NCBI GenBank assembly: GCA_963775425.1
Contig: CAVZJB010000006.1
Coordinates: 64,001-128,000 of the forward strand
Direction: 5' to 3'
From: an uncultured delta proteobacterium
GTDB lineage: Bacteria > Myxococcota > UBA727 > VGSZ01
DNA length: 64,000 nt
In this document: piece by piece, positions 32,727 to 41,742 of the stretch
How the letters are laid out: each line of letters begins with the position of its first letter
How positions within the stretch are numbered: the stretch's first letter is position 1
Notes under the pieces: model-generated
The model's input: only the letters and a program-made list of their open reading frames with translations
What the model was told of the DNA's origin: nothing
Databases searched by the model: none
Program-made: the position numbers and the translations under genes

Positions 32727-33515
32727 TCACCCGGCGGCGCTCTCGAACCGGCCGGCGGCGTTCATCACGATCCGCGTGCGCCCGGGGAACACCCGCTCGC
32801 GCACGGCGTGCAGCGGGTCTCCGGGGAGCGCGAGCACCAGGCCGTCCGCGCCGGAGACGATCTTCGGGCACACGGGGCGCACGGGCGCGCGCACGGCCCG
32901 CGCCGCCTCGTCGACGGAGGCGTAAGGGGCGAGGTCCTCGAGCGTGGCCAGCGTCGGCGGCGCGAGCACGATGTCGCCGCGCGCGTACGCCGCGAGGGCC
33001 GCCGGAGGCGACAACCAGGCGAAGGCGACGGCCTCGTGCTCGTCGACGACGGCGACCGCGCTCGCGGGGACGGCGGCGATGAAGAAGCGCGTGTCGAAGC
33101 GCTTGGGCTCCTCCTCGGGCGTGATCCACCACGACCACGGCAGGAGCGCGCGCGCGTCGACGTCGATGCCGGCCTCCTCTTTGGTCTCGCGCACGGCGCA
33201 CACGGCGTAGGTGGCGGCCTCGAGGGGGGCGAGCGGCGCGCCGCCGGCGTCGTGCCACGTGGCGGCGAACGCCGGCGTGCCAGCGCCTCCGCCGGGCGCG
33301 CCGGCGGCGAGGAGATCGGCGGCGAGGAGGTCGGCGGCGGCGTCGGCGTCGGCGTCGTCGACGCGGCCGCCGGGGAAGACGTGCGCGCCCGCCATGAAGC
33401 CGCTCTTGCCGTGGCGCTTGACGAGGAGCACCTCGAACGCGCCGCCGTCGCCCGCGCGCGCGGGGCGTCCGAGGATGATGGTGGCGGCGCGGCGCGGCGG
33501 AGGCGTAGGGCTCAT
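32727..33515 (-). CDS. NUDIX hydrolase (Nudt19-like)
   Basis: VFPGGRVD...AVRETKEEAGI, WITP...RFDTRFF, LAPPT. Confidence 0.88.
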   Translation of the reverse strand: MSPTPPPRRAATIILGRPARAGDGGAFEVLLVKRHGKSGFMAGAHVFPGGRVDDADADAAADLLAADLLAAGAPGGGAGTPAFAATWHDAGGAPLAPLEAATYAVCAVRETKEEAGIDVDARALLPWSWWITPEEEPKRFDTRFFIAAVPASAVAVVDEHEAVAFAWLSPPAALAAYARGDIVLAPPTLATLEDLAPYASVDEAARAVRAPVRPVCPKIVSGADGLVLALPGDPLHAVRERVFPGRTRIVMNAAGRFESAAG

Positions 33516-33569
33516 GGGCGGTACACAGGCCGTACGCTGTATAGTCGCGCTCGTGAAGGGGCTCACCGG

Positions 33570-34022
33570 ATGAACGGCATCGTCCTCGTCGTCGTGCAGG
33601 GACCGGACCGCGGCCGCGAGTTCCCCGTCGACGTCGGCTGCTACCGCGTCGTCGGGCGCCAGGACGGGCTCGGGGGCGGCACCGCCGTCGTCCCCCACGG
33701 CGAGCAGCGCCGCCTCGCGGCCGAGGACCAGCGGCGCATGAGCGACCACCTGCGCCGCCGCGCCGCGCCCGGGCTCCTCGGCGCGCGCAGCGAGGTCGCC
33801 GCGTTCGAGCGCGCCCCCGACGTCGAGATGAACGACGAGGCCGTCAGCCAGACCCACGCCATGGTGTTTTGCGACGAGGCCGGCGCCTCCCTCGTCGACG
33901 TCGCGTCGACCAACGGCACCTTCGTCAACGGCGACAAGGTCAACGAGAGCGCCGTCGTCGTCGGCGATCTCCTGCGCGTCGGCGAGTCGCGCATCGAGGT
34001 CCGCGGCTCCAGCGCCGGCTAG
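33570..34022 (+). CDS. FHA domain protein with internal insertion
   Basis: VVGR...VSQTHA...DVASTNGTFVNG...GDLLRVG. Confidence 0.85.
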   Translation: MNGIVLVVVQGPDRGREFPVDVGCYRVVGRQDGLGGGTAVVPHGEQRRLAAEDQRRMSDHLRRRAAPGLLGARSEVAAFERAPDVEMNDEAVSQTHAMVFCDEAGASLVDVASTNGTFVNGDKVNESAVVVGDLLRVGESRIEVRGSSAG

Positions 34023-34108
34023 AGAGCTGATCTTGGGTCAGCTCTCCAGGCGTCTACGGCGCCGCGATGATCGCGGACGGTGACGTCGTCAGGCCGTCGC
34101 CGGCGGGC

Positions 34109-34726
34109 TCAGGGGCGCTCGGGGGAGCGCTTGCGGCCGAAGAGCCGCGCGTAGTCCGCGGGCGTGTCGACGTCGTCGCAGACGCGGGGGTCGCTCCAGG
34201 GGACCTCGACGACGTCGTCGCCGAGGGCGTCGAGCACCGCGCGCGGGCCGCCGTCGGCGCCGCAGGTCCACAGCACCTCGTAGGCCGGGCGCGCGAACAC
34301 CACCGGGTGGCCGCGCTTGCCGTCGACGACGGGGACGGCGGCGGGCGCGCCGCGCTGGAGCCCGTGGCGCAGCCCCGCGAGCAGCGCCTGCACCAGCGCG
34401 ACGTCGGCGAAGGGACAATCCACGGGCGCGATGACCAGCGCTTCGGCGTCGGGCGCGTGCGCGAGCGCCGTGATCACGGAGCCGGTGAGCCCCTCCGCCG
34501 GGCGCTCGTTGCCCACGGTGGACACCGACAGGTGCTCGAGCCGGCGCGCGATGCTGTCGGCGAACGCGTCGGGCACGGTGACGATGACGGGATCGAGGCC
34601 GGCGGCGACGAACACCTCGGCGAGCCTTTGGACGAAGCACACGCCGTCGGAGAAGCGCAGGAGCGCCTTGCACGCGCCCATCCGCGTCGACGAGCCGGCG
34701 GCCGCGATGAGCCCCCCAACCCTCAC
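34109..34726 (-). CDS. mocA: Molybdenum cofactor cytidylyltransferase (MocA/YgfJ family)
   Basis: AAGSSTRMG..KALL, VDCP, GKRGHPV, DVDTPADY; adjacent to xdhC. Confidence 0.8.
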   Translation of the reverse strand: MRVGGLIAAAGSSTRMGACKALLRFSDGVCFVQRLAEVFVAAGLDPVIVTVPDAFADSIARRLEHLSVSTVGNERPAEGLTGSVITALAHAPDAEALVIAPVDCPFADVALVQALLAGLRHGLQRGAPAAVPVVDGKRGHPVVFARPAYEVLWTCGADGGPRAVLDALGDDVVEVPWSDPRVCDDVDTPADYARLFGRKRSPERP

Positions 34727-34757
34727 GGCGCAGTCCCCATGGCGCGATCCCGGACCC

Positions 34758-35573
34758 TCACGCAGGCACCGCCTTGGCCCCGCGCGTGCGGCGCGCCGCG
34801 GCCTCGGCCCGGCGGCGCACCTGCACCATCTCGGCGACGATGGACAGCGCGATCTCCTCGGGGGTCTCGGCCCCGATGTCGAGGCCGACGGGCGAGCGGA
34901 GCTTCGCGACGAGGGCCTCGTCGATGCCCTTGTTCACGCAGCGCTCGCGCGTGAGGAGCGCCTTGCGCTGCGAGCCGACCAGGCCGAGCCAGCGCCACGA
35001 CAGCGGGAGCGTGCGCTCGACGATCTCCTGGTCGACCTTGTGATCGTGCGTGGCGACGACGACGAACGCGTCGGGACCGAACGGCAAGCGCACGAGGTCG
35101 TCGCGCTCGTAGTCGTCGATCAGCGCGGCGGCGTCGGGGAAGCGCTCGGCGGTGAGGAGCTCCTCGCGCGGATCGGCGACGCTGACGTCGAAGCCGGCGG
35201 TCGCGGCCACGCGGCACAGCGCCTGGGCGACGTGGCCGGCGCCGAAGAGCACGAGGGGAGGCCGGACGCGCAGGGCCTCGATGAAGAAGGTCATGGTGCC
35301 GCCGCAGCACATGCCGAGCTGCTTGGTGAGCGACACCTCGAGCGTGCGCGGCCGCGTGGTGGCGATGACCTCGAGCGCGGCGCGGCGCACCTCGTGCTCG
35401 ACGGCGCCGCCGCCGACGGTGCCCTCGACGGCGCCGACCTCGCTGCCGTCGGCGATGACCACCATGCTCGCCCCGGCCTTGCGCGGCGTGCTCCCCGTGG
35501 TCTGCACGACGGTGCAGACGGCGGCGGGGCAGGGGCCGTCGGCGATCTCGGCGAGCCTTCGTGGGTCCAGCAC
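34758..35573 (-). CDS. xdhC: XdhC/CoxI molybdoenzyme maturation factor
   Basis: GSTPRKAGASM, GTVGGG.VE, MCCGG, FGAGHVA, THDH..D, PVGLDIGAETPEEIALSI. Confidence 0.92.
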   Translation of the reverse strand: MLDPRRLAEIADGPCPAAVCTVVQTTGSTPRKAGASMVVIADGSEVGAVEGTVGGGAVEHEVRRAALEVIATTRPRTLEVSLTKQLGMCCGGTMTFFIEALRVRPPLVLFGAGHVAQALCRVAATAGFDVSVADPREELLTAERFPDAAALIDDYERDDLVRLPFGPDAFVVVATHDHKVDQEIVERTLPLSWRWLGLVGSQRKALLTRERCVNKGIDEALVAKLRSPVGLDIGAETPEEIALSIVAEMVQVRRRAEAAARRTRGAKAVPA

Positions 35574-35639
35574 GACGTCATTGTAGTGAACGGATCCGGG
35601 GCCGCGCCATGTTCCTGCGGACCGCGGGCGGCCGCGCCG

Positions 35640-36667
35640 TCAAGGGCAGGGGCCCGGCGGCCGCGCCGGGTCGGCGCTCAGGCAGGTGGCGCCGGCCGAG
35701 CACACCTGCGTGGCGCACGAGCAGTGATAGCTGACGCCGCCGCGCGTGAGCGTGGGCTCGAGGAACGTCGCTTCGAGCTCGGGGCTCTCCGGTGGGTAAA
35801 ACGCGCTCGCGTCGCGGGGCATCCCGTCGACGAACGGGACGAGCGCTTCCTCCCAGGCGCAGACGAAGCCCATCTGGTGGTAGCCGACGCGCAGCCGATG
35901 GAGCCTCGGTGCGTCGCGCGCGGCGTCGTCCTCGAACACCACCTCGAGGCTCTGTTCGGCGGCGATCACGCGGCACGCGGCGCCGGCGTCGAGGGCGCGG
36001 AAGCGGTCGCAGAAGCGCTCGCCTGCGACGGCGAGGACACCGCGGTTCACGTCGGCGTCGAAGAAGGGGAACCCCGTGGGCGACAACGCGTCGGTGGGTG
36101 CGGCGTCGGTGGCGAAGTCCGTGGGCGCGAGCTCGGTGGGCGCGTCGACGCGGGTGGACGAAAACGGGAGCGCGTGCGCGAGCACGAGCGGCGCGAGCGC
36201 CGCCGCGTCGACGAGATCGTCGTCGTTGTCGACGAGCTCCGCGTGCGCGTTCACGAACCAACGGCCGAGGCTCGCGTCGAGCCGGACGCCGTCGACGTCG
36301 AGCTCGGCGCTCAGCGTGCGCCGGCAGTCGCCGGGGACCCGGTGCCCGGGGCAATCGTCTTGCGTGCGTCCGCCGAGCGCGGGGTAGCGAAGGACGTCCC
36401 CGGCCAGCAGCGGGAACGAGGGCGCGACGGGGGCGCCGCTCGTGTCGCTCGCGCCCTCGCCTTCGCCTTCGGCCCCGTCGTCTGCGCCGCCGCAGACGCC
36501 GTTCACACGCACGACGACGGCGCGCACGCGCGGGCATCGCAGGGCGCGCCCGCGCAGGCGACCCCGAGGCCCCCCGCGACGAGCGCGGCGGCGACCCCGA
36601 GGGCGCCGGCGGGGAGCGCAGTCCGCGCTCCGGACGCCCTCTGCGATACCGAGATGCTGATCGTCAC
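35640..36667 (-). pseudogene. Cys-rich hypothetical lipoprotein split by a frameshift near 36505
   Basis: A GTG start overlaps the upstream stop. The leader ...GGLGVAC.. CDARACAPSSCV stops, and the frame continues as NGVCGGADDGAEGEGEG... Confidence 0.55.
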
Positions 36668-37098
36668 CGCTCCAGCTCGGCGCGGGTGAGGGCGACGAGG
36701 GCGACGTAGTCGCTGCGGAGCCACTCGCGCGCCTGCATCTTGCGCAGGTCGCGGCGGAGCTGCGCGCGGCGGAACGCGCTCTGCACCGCCGCGTAGCACC
36801 CGGGCGTGACGCCAATCTGCGCCGCGTGCGTGCGTCGCGTCGCCACCGACGCAGCGGCGAAGCCGGCGACGAAGGCGGGGATCATCGCGAAGGCGGCGAT
36901 GGGATTGAGCGCCGTGATCATCCCCGTGGCCAGACCCGACGCCACGCCGGTCACCACGCCGACCACGAGCGCGCGGTTGTCGGCGCTTTGCAGGATGGCG
37001 AGCAGCATCTCGTCGTCCAGCTCGCGCGCATCGTCAATCAGGCGGCGGGGCGCGACGACGGTCGGCAGCGCGAGGGCGGTGGTCGAGGTGCTTCGCAT
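36664..37098 (-). CDS. Hypothetical membrane protein
   Basis: Two hydrophobic helices and coding-like codon usage. Confidence 0.6.
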   Translation of the reverse strand: MRSTSTTALALPTVVAPRRLIDDARELDDEMLLAILQSADNRALVVGVVTGVASGLATGMITALNPIAAFAMIPAFVAGFAAASVATRRTHAAQIGVTPGCYAAVQSAFRRAQLRRDLRKMQAREWLRSDYVALVALTRAELER

Positions 37099-37172
37099 GC
37101 CGCCAGGCTACTCCGCGGCGCGCGCGCGGGAAATGCGTCGCTGTGGACGACGAGCTCCCGCGGCCTTGGGGC

Positions 37173-39665
37173 TCACCCCGCGTTGCGGACGCCCGCGGCG
37201 ATGCCGAGGATGGTCGAGAGCAAGGTGCGGTCCACGACGTCGTCGCGCTCGCCGCGGCGGCTGCGTGCGAGCAGCTCCACCTGCGCGCGGTGGATGGGCT
37301 CGATGTAGGGGTTTCTCAGCTCGATGGAGCGCAGGAGGTTCGGCTCCGACGACAGCAGCGGCGCCTCCGCAATCTCTTCGACGAGCGCGATGGTGCGCCG
37401 GCGCGCCTCGAGGATCTTCGGCCCCAGCGCGGAGCCGGCGTCGTCGAGGGCGAGGTACGCGCGGAAGACCGCTTCGTCGCTCTTGGCCAGGCTCATCTGC
37501 ATGGTGTCGGTGAACGAGCGAAACGCCGCCCACTCGGCGCGCATGCGGCGAAGGAGCGAGACGCCCAGGGGGAAGAGGCCCTCGTGCACGCCGTACCAGC
37601 CCGGGAGGTTCGCGCGGTTCTGCGTCCACGACATCACCCACGGGATGGCGCGCAGGTTCTCGAGCGTGGCCGGCCCCGGGCGGCGCACGGGGCGCGACGC
37701 GATCTTCAGCCGCGCGATCTCCTCGATGGGCGTCACCGCCGAGAAGAAGCGCAGGAAGTCCTCGTCCGTCACCAGCGCGCGGTACGCGGCCGCCGAGCGC
37801 GCCGACGCCTCTGCGACGGCCTCGAGAAAGTCCGGCGGCGCCTGCGGCTCCGGCGCTCCCTTGGCCACGAGCACGCCGTAGATGCCCTGCTCGAGGTTCC
37901 TGCGGGCGAGCGCGGGGTCGCCGTACTTGTCGGCGAGCGCCTCGCCTTGCTCGGTGATGCGCAGGCCGGCGTCGATGGTGCCCGGCGGTTGCGCGAGGAT
38001 GGCGCGCGCCATGGGGCCGCCGCCGCGCCCGAGCGACGTGCCGCGCCCGTGGAAGAAGCGCCAACGCACGCCGTGACGACGACAGACGGCGCTGATGCCG
38101 TGCTGCGCGTCGTACAGCGCGAACGTGGCGGCGAGCGGCCCGGCGTCCTTGTTGCTGTCGGAGTAGCCGAGCATGAATTCCTGCTCGCCACCGGGCGCCG
38201 CGGCGCCGCTGGCCGCGCGGTACGCGGGGCTCGCGAGCAGCGACTCGACGACGCGCGGCGCCGCCTCGAGATCCTTCAGCGTCTCGAACAGCGGGACGGG
38301 CTGCACCCGCGCCCCCGCCTCGCGCGCGACGACGAGGACCTCGAGGAGATCGGAGACGTCGTCGGTCATCGACACCACGTAGCGCGTGCCCTCGATGCCC
38401 GCCGCGCGCAGCACGCGCAGCGGCTCGAGGACCACGGCCACCTCCTCGCTCACGGCGTCGCCCACGCCGAGGAACGGGCGGCGCGTCGCGAGCTCCGCCT
38501 CGAGCGCCGCCCGCCGCCCATTCTCGTCGAGCGCGGCGTAGCCGGGGGCGCCGCCGGCGGCGAAGAGCGCGGCGACGGCGGCGCCGACCTTCTTCGAATT
38601 CTCGCGCAGGTCGAGCGCGGCCAGGTGGCGCCCGAACAGCGCGGCGCGGCAGCGCGCGGGCGCAAGGAGGACCCCGGCGGTGCGCACCTGGCCCGCGTCG
38701 AGGAGGGCGCGCGACAGCGCCTCGACGGCGGGGACGGGATCGAAGTCGGGGTCGTCGTCGAGGGCGGCGACGGCGGCCTCGACGAGCGCGCGATAGGGCT
38801 CGTCCGCGCCGTCGGCCGCGCCGCTCTGGCTCACGTCGGCGAACAGCGCCACCAACGTCCGCCGCAGCAGCGCGTCGGCCTCGCGGCGGTGCACCGCCAG
38901 GGTGTCGCGCGTGACGTCGGCGGTGACGTTGGGGTTGCCGTCGCGGTCGCCGCCCATCCACGAGTGCAGCCCGAGGGGCAGGGGCGCCGCGAGCGGCCGG
39001 CCGAAGCACGCGAGGAACGCCGCGCGCATGGCGCGGTCGACGTCGACGACGGCGTCGGCGAGCACACCGACGTAGTGCAGCCCGCCGTTCACCTCGTCGT
39101 GCACCGTGGGCGCGCGGTCGCGCAGCTCGGCGGTGCCGAAGAGCGCCTCGACGTGGGCCGCGATGCGGGCGCGGGCGCCGTCGTGGTCGCGGTCGCCGAG
39201 GCCGCCGATGTCGTCGGCCACGGCGGCGAGGTGCTGGCGCACGGTGCGCCGGCGCATCTCGGTCGGGTGCGCGGTGAACGTGAGCCGGAGCGGCGTGCTG
39301 GCGACGAGCGCCTCGACGTCGTCGGCGGAGCGTCCTCGCTCCTTGAGCAGCGCGAACGCGGCCTCGAACGACTGCTTGCCGCCGGCGGTGCTCGCGCGGC
39401 GGCGGCGCACGCGCGCGTGCTCCTCGGCGAGGTTCACGAGGTTGAAGTAGAGGCCGAACGCGCGGACGAGCGTCTCGAGCTCGGCGGCGCTCAGGCCCGC
39501 GAGCCGCGCGGCGACGTCGGAGGTGTCCTGGCCGGCGCGCCGGCGCTCGACGAGCGTCTGGCGCAGGGACTCGACGAGGTCGAACGCGTCCTCCCCCGCC
39601 TGCTCTTTGAGGACGTCGCCGAGCAGCGCGCCGAGGTCGCGGACGTCATCGTGGAGCTCGCGCAT
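37173..39665 (-). CDS. ppc: Phosphoenolpyruvate carboxylase
   Basis: TAHPTE, SWMGGDRDGNP, PLFET, MLGYSDSNKDAG, FHGRG, LRAIPW, C-terminal RNAG. Confidence 0.95.
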   Translation of the reverse strand: MRELHDDVRDLGALLGDVLKEQAGEDAFDLVESLRQTLVERRRAGQDTSDVAARLAGLSAAELETLVRAFGLYFNLVNLAEEHARVRRRRASTAGGKQSFEAAFALLKERGRSADDVEALVASTPLRLTFTAHPTEMRRRTVRQHLAAVADDIGGLGDRDHDGARARIAAHVEALFGTAELRDRAPTVHDEVNGGLHYVGVLADAVVDVDRAMRAAFLACFGRPLAAPLPLGLHSWMGGDRDGNPNVTADVTRDTLAVHRREADALLRRTLVALFADVSQSGAADGADEPYRALVEAAVAALDDDPDFDPVPAVEALSRALLDAGQVRTAGVLLAPARCRAALFGRHLAALDLRENSKKVGAAVAALFAAGGAPGYAALDENGRRAALEAELATRRPFLGVGDAVSEEVAVVLEPLRVLRAAGIEGTRYVVSMTDDVSDLLEVLVVAREAGARVQPVPLFETLKDLEAAPRVVESLLASPAYRAASGAAAPGGEQEFMLGYSDSNKDAGPLAATFALYDAQHGISAVCRRHGVRWRFFHGRGTSLGRGGGPMARAILAQPPGTIDAGLRITEQGEALADKYGDPALARRNLEQGIYGVLVAKGAPEPQAPPDFLEAVAEASARSAAAYRALVTDEDFLRFFSAVTPIEEIARLKIASRPVRRPGPATLENLRAIPWVMSWTQNRANLPGWYGVHEGLFPLGVSLLRRMRAEWAAFRSFTDTMQMSLAKSDEAVFRAYLALDDAGSALGPKILEARRRTIALVEEIAEAPLLSSEPNLLRSIELRNPYIEPIHRAQVELLARSRRGERDDVVDRTLLSTILGIAAGVRNAG

Positions 39666-39723
39666 GCGGCGAGCCTTTCACGTCGACGTCGGGCGAGCCA
39701 AGCGGCCGGACGCCGAGGGCGCG

Positions 39724-40845
39724 TCAGGCGAGGGCGGACAGCGAGTTGAAAAAGCCCATGCGCTTGGCGACCTGCGCGCCGGGGTTGCCGGGGACTTCGT
39801 AGTTGCGCACGAGGGCGTCCACCATCTGCTGCGGGCTCGAGTTGCCGAGCAGCGCGTTCTTGGTCTTGGAGAAGCGCGGGTTGTGGGTGATCTCCCAGAC
39901 GGCGGCCTTGGTCTGCTCGGCCACCGTCATGTCCTTCGGCTCCTTGCCGAACTCCTTCTTGATGGCGGCGGCGCGCCCCGGATCCCACTGCACAATCCCC
40001 TGGGACATGTGGCGCACGTCCCAATGATTGTCGTTGGGCTTCGACAGCGACTCACCGGTCATGTTCGCGACGAGCGCGCGCGCCGCGGTCGGGCTCAGCG
40101 GGGGCACGCCGTGCGCCGGGTCGCCCTGGAGCGCGGCCTGGTAGGCCTCCTTCTGGTTCGCCGAGAGGCTGCCGCTCGGGATGCCGACGGCGTCCTCGAC
40201 CCCCTGGCGCATGCGCGTGAGCATGCCGGGCTGCTGCGGCCCGGGCGCTTCACGCCGCGAGACCGACGACAGGCCGCCGGCGCCGGCAGCGCTGCCGCCG
40301 CTCGTGCCTCCGGCGTTGCCGACGCTGCCCGTCGACGACGCGGTGCGGTTGTTGTTCTGGTTCTGCGCCGCCTGGACGAGCGCGAGCAGCGTCTCCAGGT
40401 CGAGGTGCCCCGTGGGGTTGATGCCCGCGGCCTCCTGGAGCTTCTTGATGGCGTCCATCGTCTTCGGGTCTTCGAGGGTGTCGCCGGTCTCGAGCCCGAG
40501 CTTCCTGAGGTCTCCGATGGCGTCGACGTTCTGGAGCGCCTGCGAGAGCTTGCCGAGGTCGAGCGGGGTGTTCGGGTCGAGCCCGAGCGCCTGCTTGAGC
40601 GACTGCAGCCCCTTCATCATCTCCGGATCGGTGGCGCCGAGCGTCAGGCCGAGGTCCTGGACGTTGGCGTTGCCCGCGAGCTTCTGGACGCCGGGGAGCG
40701 CGGGGGCGCCGAGCGTTCGTGCCGTGCCGCCGTGGGTGAAGGTGGCGGCCGCCTGCTGCGCCTTCTTCTGACACAGGAGCGACTCCGGATCGTCCGTGGC
40801 TGCGTTGAGGGCGCCGGGTCGAACGCCGCCAATCTCGAGGGACAT
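39724..40845 (-). CDS. Peptidoglycan-binding plus phage-tail-lysozyme-like domain protein
   Basis: AIKKLQEAAGINPTGHLDLETL (PG_binding_1-like); A.ALVANMTGES...GIVQW...R...Q...YE.P (Phage_lysozyme2-like). Confidence 0.72.
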   Translation of the reverse strand: MSLEIGGVRPGALNAATDDPESLLCQKKAQQAAATFTHGGTARTLGAPALPGVQKLAGNANVQDLGLTLGATDPEMMKGLQSLKQALGLDPNTPLDLGKLSQALQNVDAIGDLRKLGLETGDTLEDPKTMDAIKKLQEAAGINPTGHLDLETLLALVQAAQNQNNNRTASSTGSVGNAGGTSGGSAAGAGGLSSVSRREAPGPQQPGMLTRMRQGVEDAVGIPSGSLSANQKEAYQAALQGDPAHGVPPLSPTAARALVANMTGESLSKPNDNHWDVRHMSQGIVQWDPGRAAAIKKEFGKEPKDMTVAEQTKAAVWEITHNPRFSKTKNALLGNSSPQQMVDALVRNYEVPGNPGAQVAKRMGFFNSLSALA

Positions 40846-40878
40846 GGGGGCTCCTGGTCCGTAGGGGTGACGCGGCGG

Positions 40879-40886
40879 TTATCGGC
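40879..40886 (-). promoter_or_regulatory. Sigma-28 (FliA)-type -10 element
   Basis: Exact GCCGATAA ~35 nt upstream of the lysozyme-like gene. No good -35 TAAA is seen. Confidence 0.4.
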
Positions 40887-40932
40887 GCCGGTCCCGGCCC
40901 CCGCCATGTCCCACATCCCGTTGGCCGACGCG

Positions 40933-41742
40933 TCAGCGCTTCTTTTTGACGGGGGGCTTGGCGGCCGGCTTCTTCGCGGACTTGGGCGCCGGCTTGCCCG
41001 AGGGCTTCTTGGCGGCCGGCGCCTTCTTGGCCGGGGCAGCCGCGGCCTTCTTGGGCGCCGCCTTGGGGGCGGCCTTGGCCGGCGCGGCCTTCGCGGGCTT
41101 GACCGGCATGGCCGAGCGCGGGGCGGCCGGGGCGGGCCGCGTGGCCTGGCGCGGGGGGTTGGCGGGCTGCGCGCGGGCGCGTTCGGCGGCGGCGGCGGCC
41201 TCGCGGGCCTTCTGGGCGTCCGCCTCGTTCTTGGGGATGGGCTTGGCGGTGCGCCGCTCCTTGATGGTCTGTGGGGCCACCGGCGGCCACGGCGACCGGG
41301 ACTTCTTTTCGTCCTTGTCGTTGCGCCACAGGACGCAGGTGATGGTCCCCTGCATGACGCTGTCGTGGTTCTGGTTCTCGGCCCAGACGTCGACGTCGAC
41401 GCGGGCCTCGCCGTTGCTCTCGTAGCGCTCGGCGACCATCCCCGTCATGCGCAGGATGTCGCCCGGCCACACGAGCTTCCGGAAGCGCCCGGACACGCTC
41501 AGGATGCGGCCGTTCTCGAGCCACTTGCCGACGGCCTCGGTGGCGAAGGACAGCGCGATGGCGCCGTGGGCGAAGACGCCGCCGTAGCCCGCGCCCTTGG
41601 CGAAGTCGTCGTCGAGGTGCAGCGGGCTCCAGTCCTGCGACGCCCCGGCGAACTTGGCGATCTGCACGCGCGTGACAGCCGGCTTCGACACCGGCGTCAC
41701 TTGCTCGCCCTTTTCAATCGAATCCCAATACAGCTTGGGCAT
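40933..41742 (-). CDS. MaoC-like (R)-hydratase/dehydratase, catalytic subunit, with Ala/Lys/Pro tail
   Basis: FAGASQDWSPLHLD..FA...G..GVFAHG hydratase-2 motif; PAKK-type repeats at the C-terminus. Confidence 0.85.
   Translation of the reverse strand: MPKLYWDSIEKGEQVTPVSKPAVTRVQIAKFAGASQDWSPLHLDDDFAKGAGYGGVFAHGAIALSFATEAVGKWLENGRILSVSGRFRKLVWPGDILRMTGMVAERYESNGEARVDVDVWAENQNHDSVMQGTITCVLWRNDKDEKKSRSPWPPVAPQTIKERRTAKPIPKNEADAQKAREAAAAAERARAQPANPPRQATRPAPAAPRSAMPVKPAKAAPAKAAPKAAPKKAAAAPAKKAPAAKKPSGKPAPKSAKKPAAKPPVKKKR

Noticed and set aside
39724-40845. Prophage remnant
   Set aside because: A single lysozyme-like gene among housekeeping genes, with no integrase, structural genes or att-like repeats.
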